A DNA stretch of 64,000 nt, taken from assembly GCA_035285125.1 (NCBI GenBank), contig JAYKHR010000048.1, forward strand, positions 32,001 through 96,000. Reading direction: 5' to 3'. Positions within the stretch are counted from its first letter, which is position 1. Each line of letters opens with the position of its first letter. Position numbers and translations under genes: made by a program. Positions 16,967-25,357 of this stretch are shown one piece after another. This DNA comes from Candidatus Sericytochromatia bacterium (GTDB taxonomy: Bacteria; Cyanobacteriota; Sericytochromatia; S15B-MN24; JAQBPE01). The notes below the pieces were generated by a model. That model was not told the DNA's origin. It worked only from the letters and a program-made list of their open reading frames with translations, and made no database searches.

Positions 16967-18892
16967 ATGGTCCTGACGGTGCAAGGCGTGCGAGAAGTTG
17001 AGAAGCGAGATGGCCGGATCGTGGCCTTCGACCGCACCAAAATCGTCGCAGCCATCATGAAGGCCGCCCAGTCGGTGCAAGGGAGTGACTACAGGCTCGC
17101 AGAGGAACTCGCGGACCAGGTCGCGGCAGCCCTGGCCGCCGCCGTCGGCCCGACGGAGGCGGTGCCGTCCGTCGAGCAGGTTCAAGACGTCATCGAGAAG
17201 ACGCTGATTGAAAACGGCCATGCCAGAACGGCCAAGGCGTTCATTATATATAGGGCACGCCGGAGCCGAATCCGCGAGGCGAAATCCGAGTTGATGGAGG
17301 CCGTGGGAGAGCTCCTCTCGTCCGGTACGCCCGACGGTAGCCGCGCAGCCAAGCACCACGCCATCGGCGAGGCTGCCTGCCGAGAGTTTTACCTGCACCG
17401 GGTGCTGCACGAAGAAGCCGCCGAGGCACACACGCGCGGCGACTGGCACATCCACGGGCTCACCCATTACGATCAGACCCCGCACAGCGCGGTGATCCCT
17501 CTGCGCACCCATCTGGAGCAGGGCTTCAGCTGCGGCCACGGCTTCCTGCGGCCGGCTCGGAAGGTGAGCTCGCTGGCGGCCATGACCTCGACGGTGCTGT
17601 CTGCCTATCAGGCAGAGGTCCACGGTGGCACAGCCGTGACGGGCTTCGACTCGGCCTGGGCGCACGTGCTGCCCGCGGCAACCTCCTCCGAGGCGATCGG
17701 CGACGCCGTCGAGGCCTTGCTGTTCAACCTCAACACCGGGGCTGCGGGCGCCCCCCGCGCGTCGTTGCACGTCGGTTGTGACCTGGGCCACCAGGCGCGA
17801 GGCGTCACGGCCGCCCTGCTCCAGGCCGTGGAGGCCGGGATCGGCCGGGGCGAGGTCACGCTTCGCCCCCATGTGGTGTTCGTGCTCCGGCCAGGCATCA
17901 ACGTGCGCCCCGGCGACCCGAATTTCGACCTCACGCTGCTGGCATTGCGGGTGGCGGCATCGACCCCGGCCGTCTCGTTCCTTCACGACCAACCCGGCGC
18001 GTGCCTCGTTGGCCACTCAGCGCGCCTGATCCAGGCCACGCCCGACCCTGATGGCCTCGGGTTGCTCGCCCGCCTTTCGCTCAACATGCCCCGGCTCGCG
18101 CTCAAGGCCCGGCGCGAAGGTTTTGAAACCAGCGCCGTCCTCGCGCGCGTGGTCGAGGAAGCGGTCTGCGAGCTCGCCCGCCGGCGGGACGCATTGTTGC
18201 GCCGCCCCGCGCGGGAGTTTCCCTTCGTGACGGGCCTGTGCCGGCCGGGCTCAGTCGCCCCGTTCCAGGGGGATCTGGCCGAGCGCCTGGGCACCCCTGT
18301 CGTCGCCATCAACGCCGTGGGTTTCCTGGAAATGCTGATGGTGCTGAGCGGTCAGTCGCCCGAATTCTCTCCGTCTGCACAGGCAGAGGGCTTCAACCTC
18401 TTGAAGCAGGCAATCCAGCGTGGTGCAGAGGTTTCCGCCATCCACGACCTATCCCTGGTATGGCAGGCCAGCGCCGCACCAGGAGCCGCAGAGCGCTTCG
18501 CTCGGCTTGACAGGCGCGAGTACGGGATCATTCGCGGCGTGACCGACCGGGCGGCCTACCAGACGGGCCTCGCGTTGCCGGAGGGCGGCGAGGGAGAGGG
18601 TCCCGAGCACGAGGCGATGTTGAGGACCTGTGCCGAGTTGCTCTCCGCCGGGGTGCTCCAAGGCACCGCGCCCGCCTGCCCCGCGGGGGAGGATGCCGCA
18701 CTGGCCTGGCTCCACGAGGGCCTGCGCGGCCCGTTGCCCGTGCTGGGCGGCCGCTCCCCGCTGGCCGGCTGTGCCTCCTGCGGCACCCTCTGGCGCGAGC
18801 CGCGCGAAGCACCTTGCACCCACTGCGGGGCTGGGGCTGAGGCCCAGCGATCAGAGGCGGCACCCCACGAAGACCTGGAAGGAGAGGCCTGA
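16967..18892 (+). CDS. ATP-cone plus class III (anaerobic) ribonucleotide reductase NrdD-like protein, catalytically degenerate
   Basis: ATP cone VEKRDGRIVAFDRTKI...VEQVQDVIEKTL; NrdD-like WHIHGL, GHGFLRP, PGDPNFDL, LNMPRLAL, DRREYGIIRGVTD; CxxC...CxxC; no RxxGY glycyl-radical motif. Confidence 0.8.
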   Translation: MVLTVQGVREVEKRDGRIVAFDRTKIVAAIMKAAQSVQGSDYRLAEELADQVAAALAAAVGPTEAVPSVEQVQDVIEKTLIENGHARTAKAFIIYRARRSRIREAKSELMEAVGELLSSGTPDGSRAAKHHAIGEAACREFYLHRVLHEEAAEAHTRGDWHIHGLTHYDQTPHSAVIPLRTHLEQGFSCGHGFLRPARKVSSLAAMTSTVLSAYQAEVHGGTAVTGFDSAWAHVLPAATSSEAIGDAVEALLFNLNTGAAGAPRASLHVGCDLGHQARGVTAALLQAVEAGIGRGEVTLRPHVVFVLRPGINVRPGDPNFDLTLLALRVAASTPAVSFLHDQPGACLVGHSARLIQATPDPDGLGLLARLSLNMPRLALKARREGFETSAVLARVVEEAVCELARRRDALLRRPAREFPFVTGLCRPGSVAPFQGDLAERLGTPVVAINAVGFLEMLMVLSGQSPEFSPSAQAEGFNLLKQAIQRGAEVSAIHDLSLVWQASAAPGAAERFARLDRREYGIIRGVTDRAAYQTGLALPEGGEGEGPEHEAMLRTCAELLSAGVLQGTAPACPAGEDAALAWLHEGLRGPLPVLGGRSPLAGCASCGTLWREPREAPCTHCGAGAEAQRSEAAPHEDLEGEA

Positions 18893-18896
18893 GGGC

Positions 18897-19733
18897 TCAG
18901 GCCTCCCGGATTGCCTCGTCGGCGGCACCGGCTTGCCGGCGCCGCCCCGCCAGCCCTGCGCCGAGCCCACCCGGGTCCTGCCGCAGGCCCGACCCCGAGG
19001 CACCGGCCCGGCCAGCAGCCGGCGCCACCACCCGGACGGTGCCTGGCGCCAGGTTGTGCGACTGAAGAATGGCCTGGATCTGGCCGACCTGGGACTCCAG
19101 GGACTGGCGGGCCTGAAGGGTCAGCGCCGTGAGCTGAACCCCCACAACGCCCTCCGTGTACGAAACCTGGAGGTGCACCGGGCCGAGCGCGGGCGGGGAC
19201 AGGTGGAAGTCCAGCTGCGTGAGCGGTTGCTGGCGCTCGACCGTCCAGCGGACCTGGCCAAGCACCGCCCGGGGAAGGTCTGGCACGGAGATCGGTTCCG
19301 GCTCACCCTCGAGCGGCGGGAAAGCCACCTGGGGCAGGGGGAGCAGCAGCGGCGCCACCAGCCCCACGTCGTCGGCGGGTTCGGGCTCACGAGGCCGGGC
19401 CTCGGTCGGTGGCTCCCAGCCCCGCAGCAGGGCTCCGAGGCCCCGGGGGGCCAGGCTGGCGTCAGGTTCTTCCCACGCGGGCGACGCCGTCCCGTCGCCG
19501 TTGGACAGCACCTCGAGCCAGGCAAATGACAGGGCCGCGGCAGACGGCGGGGGCGTGCCCCGACCTGCCGGGCCAGCTCCCTGGCGCACCAGTTGCTGCG
19601 CTAGGGCGTGATCGAAGGCCTCTTCGCGCGAGGTGGGGCGGTCCCGCCCGGGCGTCGCCTCAGCGGCTGCCGGGGCCGGGGTCGGCACGGGCCGGTCGAG
19701 CGCCACCGGGAGCTGGAAGCTGGGCAGGTTCAT
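18897..19733 (-). CDS. fliK: Flagellar hook-length control protein FliK-like
   Basis: C-terminal LSPPALGPVHLQVSYTEGVVGVQL...RQSLESQVGQIQAIL (Flg_hook pattern); Pro/Ala-rich N-terminus; coupled to fliJ. Confidence 0.8.
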   Translation of the reverse strand: MNLPSFQLPVALDRPVPTPAPAAAEATPGRDRPTSREEAFDHALAQQLVRQGAGPAGRGTPPPSAAALSFAWLEVLSNGDGTASPAWEEPDASLAPRGLGALLRGWEPPTEARPREPEPADDVGLVAPLLLPLPQVAFPPLEGEPEPISVPDLPRAVLGQVRWTVERQQPLTQLDFHLSPPALGPVHLQVSYTEGVVGVQLTALTLQARQSLESQVGQIQAILQSHNLAPGTVRVVAPAAGRAGASGSGLRQDPGGLGAGLAGRRRQAGAADEAIREA

Positions 19734-20266
19734 CGGCGTCCCTCGCGCTCGCGCAGTTCTCGGAGCTGGCGGAGCTTCTCGAGCTTCTCGAGCCGCTCAG
19801 CCAGCTCAGCCTGCTCCTCGTCCAGCGCGAACCGACGCTTCATGAAGATTCCGCCGGCCATCTCGTCGATCCGCCGCGCCTCCCGACGCCGCTCCTCGGC
19901 CATCCACTCATCTCGCTTCATCTCCCGGTGCTTTTCCAGCTTGCGGCGTTCCTTGCGGACGGCCTGCTGGAGCTCCTGGATCTGCTTGAGCCCGGCCTCA
20001 GCCTCGTTCAAAGCCCGTTGCTGCTGGGACATTCGCTGCCCGAGGAACTGGATGTAATCGTTGGCTGCCGCGACGTCCGAGGCCGGGCCCGCCTGCATCT
20101 GGGTGGCGAGACCCTTCTGCGCCGAGGCGCGCCGGAACTCGATGTCGGCCAGCTTGGCAAGCTCGTGGTCACGGGCGGCCGCAGCGGCCATCACCTTGGC
20201 GTCGACCTCGCGCTCCTTGCGCTCGACCAGGTCGAGCACCCGCTGCAAGTTGTAGCGAAAGGGCAT
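19730..20266 (-). CDS. fliJ: Flagellar export protein FliJ
   Basis: MPFRYNLQRVLDL...YIQFL...ERRKLEKHRE...EARRIDEMA coiled coil. Confidence 0.85.
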   Translation of the reverse strand: MPFRYNLQRVLDLVERKEREVDAKVMAAAAARDHELAKLADIEFRRASAQKGLATQMQAGPASDVAAANDYIQFLGQRMSQQQRALNEAEAGLKQIQELQQAVRKERRKLEKHREMKRDEWMAEERRREARRIDEMAGGIFMKRRFALDEEQAELAERLEKLEKLRQLRELREREGRR

Positions 20267-20403
20267 CTGGGGCTCCAAGCCGGGCGGGGCCACTCCCTTC
20301 ATACCACCTGCCGGCGCCCCGTTACCGTGACACAGGCCTCGCCGGGGTGGACCGGCGCCAGCCATGGTTGGCAGCACGCGAGCTGGAGCGGTAAGATGCC
20401 CCA

Positions 20404-21000
20404 ATGCGGCGCCAGACCTCTGCCCCACTGCTACACGCCCTTGTCGTGGCCGGCCTCCTCGCTGGCACGCCCGGCGTTGCCGAGGCACGGAACCCTTCCC
20501 ACCCGCCCTTCCGCGAGGGCAAGGCGGACTTCCACGACAAGGAGCTTGCGCTCACCTACGGGTGGGGCGGCCCCGCTGCCATGGACTTCGCCGTCCTGCC
20601 GCCGCTGAGCCTGGGCGTGAGCGTCGATCACGTGACCCAGCCGCGCAGCTGGCAGTACCGCGGGGTGTTGCGACTCGTGGACGAGCAAGCGACCGGTGTG
20701 GGCATCGCCTTCACCGGCGCCGCCACGAGCATCCGGGAGCTGGTGGCGGGCCAACCCGACATCGAGCCGGCGTGGGGATGGCAGGCTGGCCTGCTCACGA
20801 CGCTGATGGTGGAAGGGGGCCTCATCATTCGGCTCGGGGTCCAGGCCTACGACACCAACACCGCGGTCACAGGTGGGCAGTCCGTGCTGATCACCCCGGA
20901 GCTCGCCTACCGCCTCGGCCTGTTGGAGGTGACGGTCATGCCCCGCTGGCCGCTGACCGAGCTCGGCCTCGAGTGGATGGGCGGTCGCCTTCGATTTTGA
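20404..21000 (+). CDS. Hypothetical secreted protein, possible small outer-membrane beta-barrel
   Basis: Signal peptide ending AEA; alternating beta-strand pattern; C-terminal GGRLRF; TAAGAT -10 lies 6 nt before ATG. Confidence 0.55.
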   Translation: MRRQTSAPLLHALVVAGLLAGTPGVAEARNPSHPPFREGKADFHDKELALTYGWGGPAAMDFAVLPPLSLGVSVDHVTQPRSWQYRGVLRLVDEQATGVGIAFTGAATSIRELVAGQPDIEPAWGWQAGLLTTLMVEGGLIIRLGVQAYDTNTAVTGGQSVLITPELAYRLGLLEVTVMPRWPLTELGLEWMGGRLRF

Positions 21001-21022
21001 CCCCCCCGGCTGGCAGAACACG

Positions 21023-21787
21023 TCAGCGCTGAGGGGCCGGCCCAAGCCCTGGCAGGTCCACCACGCCCGCCAGCACCAGATCCGCGTGGGGCGCGAGCAG
21101 GTCCATCGTGCCCACACCTGACAGGACGCCGATCGTGGCACACGCGCGGGCCCGTCGCCCCATGCGCAGATCCACGTCCGTGTCACCCACCATGACGGCC
21201 CTGCCCGGCGGCACGCCCGCCTCCTCACACGCCAGCAGGAACATCGCGGGGTCGGGCTTGGAGGTCTCGACCCGATCGCCACCGACGACGCTGGCGAAGG
21301 CGTCCCGGAGGCCCATGTCGGCCAGGAAGGCCTCGGCGGAGGCCGTCCGATCAGTGGTGGCAAGGGCGAACCGCCACCCAGCAGCCCGGAGGGTGGTCAG
21401 GGCCCGTGCGGCGCCTGGCAGGGGGGCACCGCGCAAGACGGGGGCCGCCTCGCGCTCCGCCGAGGCAAAGCCCTCTGCCGCCAACTCGCGCGCCGTGGTC
21501 CACGGTAAACCCGCGTGGTGCAGCCATGTTGCCGCCATGAGACAGGCCTCGACCCGCGTGCCGGTGGCCAGCACGCCGGTGGGCCTCACCCTGCCCTGGG
21601 GGTCGACGCCCCACCCGGCCAGGAGGGGCTGTCCCCAGTCGTCGCGCCCGGCAAGCCGGGCTATCGCCTCGGCCCGCAGGCGCGAGAGGGTCACCCAGTA
21701 GGCGTGAAAATCGAGCAGCACCCCGTCCTTGTCGAACACGAGCAGGTCGGCGGAGAGGGGCCCTCCGCCCAGGACCACGTCAGGCAA
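21023..21787 (-). CDS. HAD-superfamily hydrolase (phosphoglycolate phosphatase-like)
   Basis: FDKDGVL, LATTD, KPDP, MVGDTDVDL. Confidence 0.88.
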   Translation of the reverse strand: MPDVVLGGGPLSADLLVFDKDGVLLDFHAYWVTLSRLRAEAIARLAGRDDWGQPLLAGWGVDPQGRVRPTGVLATGTRVEACLMAATWLHHAGLPWTTARELAAEGFASAEREAAPVLRGAPLPGAARALTTLRAAGWRFALATTDRTASAEAFLADMGLRDAFASVVGGDRVETSKPDPAMFLLACEEAGVPPGRAVMVGDTDVDLRMGRRARACATIGVLSGVGTMDLLAPHADLVLAGVVDLPGLGPAPQR

Positions 21788-21791
21788 AGCG

Positions 21792-23573
21792 TCACTCCTC
21801 CGGCGGCCGGGCGCCGACGTCGCCGGCCTGCTGCGGGGGCAGGCTCGAGGGGACGTAGCGGGTCCGCTCGAGCCGGAACTGGTTGGCGCGCACGAGCACA
21901 GCCGCGTAACGCAGCCGGTGGCGAAGCTCCTTGCGCACGCCGGCCGGCAGCGGGACAGCCTCGGCGAGCGCCTCTAGGCTGGCAAGCCGAGCCAGCAGCG
22001 CCCCGTTCTGGCGATAAGGCGTCTCCCCGAGGGGAAGGTGCGTCATCACGGCCGCCAACTCGCGACGGAGCATGTCGGCGGAGGCGGCGGTCTCGAAGTC
22101 TGCGCGGGCATGCACCTGCCCCATGTACCAGGCCGCCTGCGCGAGGGTCTTGCGCGCCGCCCGCACCAGGTTGCGGTGCGGCAAGGTGGCGGGCTCCCGG
22201 AAGGGCCCGGCACGCAGGTCGTCCAGCTGGGCGAGGTCGAAGTGGCCGAGGGCGAACACCATGCCGCCGGGAACCTGCTCGGCCTGCAGTTGCTCCCACT
22301 GCTCGACGAGATTAGCGGGCGACTTGAACCGGTGGACCCCCAGAATCGGCACGATCATGTTGTCACGGGCATGCTGGTCGGTCTCCCAGCCAAGCCACCC
22401 TGAAAGTTCCTCGCGGCGCGCCGTGTAAAGCATCGGGGCGGGCCAATCGATCCAGGCGTTGTCGGCCCAGTGGCGCCAGTGCTGGAGCTTGCGCAGCCTG
22501 GCGTAGCCCTCTCCCCGAAACACGGCAGCCGCCAGCGGAAAGCGCGGATGCCGGGCCCGAAGTTGCTGGGAGAGCTCCTGAACCGTCCGGTGCACCTGCT
22601 GCTCGCGCCACAGCTGCCACTCGGTGTGCAGCGGGGTGCCGACCTGGATGGGGTCTGGCGGCAACACGCCGTGCCGCGCGCGATGCGCGAGCGCGAAGCG
22701 GGTCTTGCTGATGTCGTCCTCAGGGATCTCCTCGTCGTACCGGATGTAGTCGAGCAGCAACCCATCGACGTCGTAACGCTCGGTGAGCTCCCCCACCAGC
22801 GCATAGACGAACTCCCGCGCCTCCGGGTGGGCCGCGCTGAGGAATCGCGCCTCCTTGCCCTCGGCGCGCGCGGCCAGGGCCGGCAGGCGAGAGAGAACCG
22901 GGTTGCCGTGCCCGGGGGAGCGCACCCGGAGCGTCCAGATCCACGGGTGGACCTCCATGCCGTGGCGGTGAGCCTCCCGGATAAGCACCCGCAGCATGTC
23001 GGGCTGGCTGCGGAACTCGGGGTCCCGCTCGGCCAGGCGGCTGCTGTAGATGGTGTAGCCCCGGCGGTAGACCTCAGGCACCAGCATGTTGAAGTTGGCT
23101 CGCCCCAGCTGGGCGACGAGCCCCACCACCCCGGCCTCCGTGCGAGGCAGGCTGGAGGCATCGATGAGCATCCCGCGGACCTCCGTGCCTCGCGAGGGCA
23201 CAAGGCACATCGCGGCCTCCTGCAAGTAGCGTTCCCCGCGCCCCACCCACACGCGAGCCTCCTGCTGGCCCGGCTCGGTGGCGAGCAGCAAGCCCGCGGT
23301 GTCCAGGGACATCCGAGACAACGCCAGCGCGACCCCCGCCCGCTGCACCGGCACGTCCATGTAGCTGCTGCGCGCCTCGACGAGCCTGGCCTCGACGGCA
23401 GCGAGCCTGGCCCGCGCGACGCGGATGGCCTGCTGGAGGCCGTCGGTCCCCTCAGGCCCGGCAAGGGCCGGTGAGGCCCAGCTCATCATCGCCAGGGCCA
23501 GGGCCAGGCAGGCGCGCCCGATGCGGCCTGCACGACGCGGGGAGGGAATGGGCATCCCAGGCAAATGCGGCAT
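21792..23573 (-). CDS. GHL10/DUF187 (YddW/DigH-like) glycoside hydrolase
   Basis: EVRGMLID, EAHRHGMEVHPW, RYDVDGLLLDYIRY, WQLWR, APMLY; N-terminal signal peptide; start uncertain. Confidence 0.82.
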   Translation of the reverse strand: MPHLPGMPIPSPRRAGRIGRACLALALAMMSWASPALAGPEGTDGLQQAIRVARARLAAVEARLVEARSSYMDVPVQRAGVALALSRMSLDTAGLLLATEPGQQEARVWVGRGERYLQEAAMCLVPSRGTEVRGMLIDASSLPRTEAGVVGLVAQLGRANFNMLVPEVYRRGYTIYSSRLAERDPEFRSQPDMLRVLIREAHRHGMEVHPWIWTLRVRSPGHGNPVLSRLPALAARAEGKEARFLSAAHPEAREFVYALVGELTERYDVDGLLLDYIRYDEEIPEDDISKTRFALAHRARHGVLPPDPIQVGTPLHTEWQLWREQQVHRTVQELSQQLRARHPRFPLAAAVFRGEGYARLRKLQHWRHWADNAWIDWPAPMLYTARREELSGWLGWETDQHARDNMIVPILGVHRFKSPANLVEQWEQLQAEQVPGGMVFALGHFDLAQLDDLRAGPFREPATLPHRNLVRAARKTLAQAAWYMGQVHARADFETAASADMLRRELAAVMTHLPLGETPYRQNGALLARLASLEALAEAVPLPAGVRKELRHRLRYAAVLVRANQFRLERTRYVPSSLPPQQAGDVGARPPEE

Positions 23574-23630
23574 GGCGCCTGAATTGTAGCCTGTCGCCAG
23601 GTGCATCGCAAGCCAGGACGCGCCCCATGT

Positions 23631-23660
23631 GAAAGGGCCCCGGTCTTGCGACCGGGGCCC
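23631..23660 (-). terminator. Intrinsic terminator after the S8 peptidase gene
   Basis: GGGCCCCGGTC-gcaa-GACCGGGGCCC then TTTC on the minus strand. Confidence 0.7.
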
Positions 23661-23674
23661 CCGGGGCCTTGGCC

Positions 23675-24997
23675 TCAGCGGCCGGCCGTGACGGCCTTGT
23701 AGGCGTTGATCCGGCCGAAGCCGAACTTCTCGTTCCACTCGGCGCCATTCATGTCGGCCGTCTTGTCGGCGGTCTTCTCGAGGAGCGCCTTGACCTGGGC
23801 AGGCGCCATGTCGGGGTGCACCGACCGGATCAGGCCACACAGACCGGCCACCAGCGGCGTCGCCATAGAGGTGCCCGTCATGAAGGAGTACTCCTTCGTG
23901 ATGCGGCCGCCCGAATTCTTCGTGAGCCACACGTCGTACATCGGGGTCGTCGCCCAGATCTTCACGCCCGGGGCGCTCACGGAGCAGTACTTGTTGAACG
24001 AGGAGAACATGCCGATCTTGTCCGCGGAGTCGGTCGCCCCGACCGCGATGACGCCCGGGTAGGCCGCGGGGTAGGACACCGGGTTGCCCTGGTGGCCGCT
24101 GTTGCCCATCGCCGCCACGACGACGGAGTTCTTCTTGATGGCGTGCTCCACGGCGTCGCCGAGCGACTGCATGGTGCCCGCGCCACCGAGGCTGAGGCTG
24201 ATGACGTCAGCGCCGTGGTCAGCCGCCCAGGTGATGCCCTTGGCGACAGAAAGCAGCGAGCCGGAGCCGGCGCCTGCCAGCACGCGGACGGGCATCACCT
24301 TGCAGTTCGCGGCCATGCCGACGATGCCGACGCCGTTGTTGGTGATGGCGGCGGCGATACCCGCGCAGTGCGTGCCGTGGCCGTTGTCGTCGGCCGGGCT
24401 GCCGAGGCCGAACAGGCCGCCGACGCCCGTGGCGTTGTAGCCCTTGACGAGCTTGCCCTTGAGGTCGGGGTGCGTCAGGTCGACGCCCGTGTCGACGATG
24501 GCGACGACGACCTCACCGGAGCCGCCCCGGGTGGCCGCCAGGGCCTCGGCCTGCTGGGTCTTGCCGATGGCCCACTGCTCGCTGGCCATCGGGTCGTTGA
24601 AGTTCTCCTTGGGGGCCTCGGCCTTCGACGAGAAGCCCGAGGTCAGCGTCTCGACGTTGTCCGACAGCGTGATGGTGACGTCGGCTTCGATGTATTCGAC
24701 GCCGGGGCCAAACTCCTTCTTGAGGTCCGACACGGAGCGACCGGCAGGCGCCTCGACGCCGTAGACGTTCAGGCTGTCGATCGCTTTTTCTGCCTTCACC
24801 CCGCTGCCCTGGCGCATCCGGAGCGCCTGGCCGGGCCGCATCTTCACAATGAAACGACCAGGGATGGGCTTGCCCGCCACGAGCATCGCGTTGTTCGCCC
24901 GCACCCCGGCGGTGTTCGGCGTCAAGGAGGAGGCGCAACCAGCGGTGGCGGAAACCAGGACACTGGCAGCCAGCGCCAGGGACAGCTTGCGGTTCAT
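23675..24997 (-). CDS. S8 thermitase-like serine peptidase lipoprotein with propeptide
   Basis: Lipobox ATAGC; AIVDTGVD / NGHGTHCAG / GTSMATPLV; AAGGAG RBS. Confidence 0.94.
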   Translation of the reverse strand: MNRKLSLALAASVLVSATAGCASSLTPNTAGVRANNAMLVAGKPIPGRFIVKMRPGQALRMRQGSGVKAEKAIDSLNVYGVEAPAGRSVSDLKKEFGPGVEYIEADVTITLSDNVETLTSGFSSKAEAPKENFNDPMASEQWAIGKTQQAEALAATRGGSGEVVVAIVDTGVDLTHPDLKGKLVKGYNATGVGGLFGLGSPADDNGHGTHCAGIAAAITNNGVGIVGMAANCKVMPVRVLAGAGSGSLLSVAKGITWAADHGADVISLSLGGAGTMQSLGDAVEHAIKKNSVVVAAMGNSGHQGNPVSYPAAYPGVIAVGATDSADKIGMFSSFNKYCSVSAPGVKIWATTPMYDVWLTKNSGGRITKEYSFMTGTSMATPLVAGLCGLIRSVHPDMAPAQVKALLEKTADKTADMNGAEWNEKFGFGRINAYKAVTAGR

Positions 24998-25050
24998 CAG
25001 GGAGTGACTCCTTTTAGGCGCCGGCGGCGCTGGGATGGCGACAACGGGGT

Positions 25051-25091
25051 TTTAACAACCAATTACTTGGTCCTTATAGCTCACTTAACCT
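25051..25091. promoter_or_regulatory. 11-bp-phased TTA direct-repeat array (OmpR/PhoB-type operator-like)
   Basis: TTTAACAA 25051, ATTACTTG 25062, CTTATAGC 25073, CTTAACCT 25084 in an AT-rich island. Confidence 0.45.
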
Positions 25092-25357
25092 ATTTCTTGC
25101 TAACTCGGCGAAAATTTCACCCGCGACACGGCGGCAAGGGTTCCCGCCGGCACGGCCTGCAGGCGTCTGCTACCATGGAGCGAAAGCGCCTGATTCCGTG
25201 AAAGATCTCACCCGCCAGGCAAGCGGGGAGGGAGGCGGCGATGCCCTCATCCACCGAGGCAGGGGCTTCAGGTCCCTTCGTCCTTCTGGGAGGGTCTCCG
25301 CCAGCGGAGATGAGGCGTAACGCAAGGTCAGGGTGAGCAGTGCCTGGAGGGGCGAGG

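Noticed and set aside
16967..18892. Functional anaerobic ribonucleotide reductase (nrdD symbol)
   Set aside because: The catalytic cysteines and the glycyl-radical motif are missing and no adjacent nrdG is present.
25243..25316. SAM-I riboswitch or SRP RNA in the mnmG leader
   Set aside because: CTCATC/GATGAG resembles SAM-I P1 but GCAACC and GTGC are missing; TCAGGTCC is not followed by the SRP GGAA...GCAGC motif.
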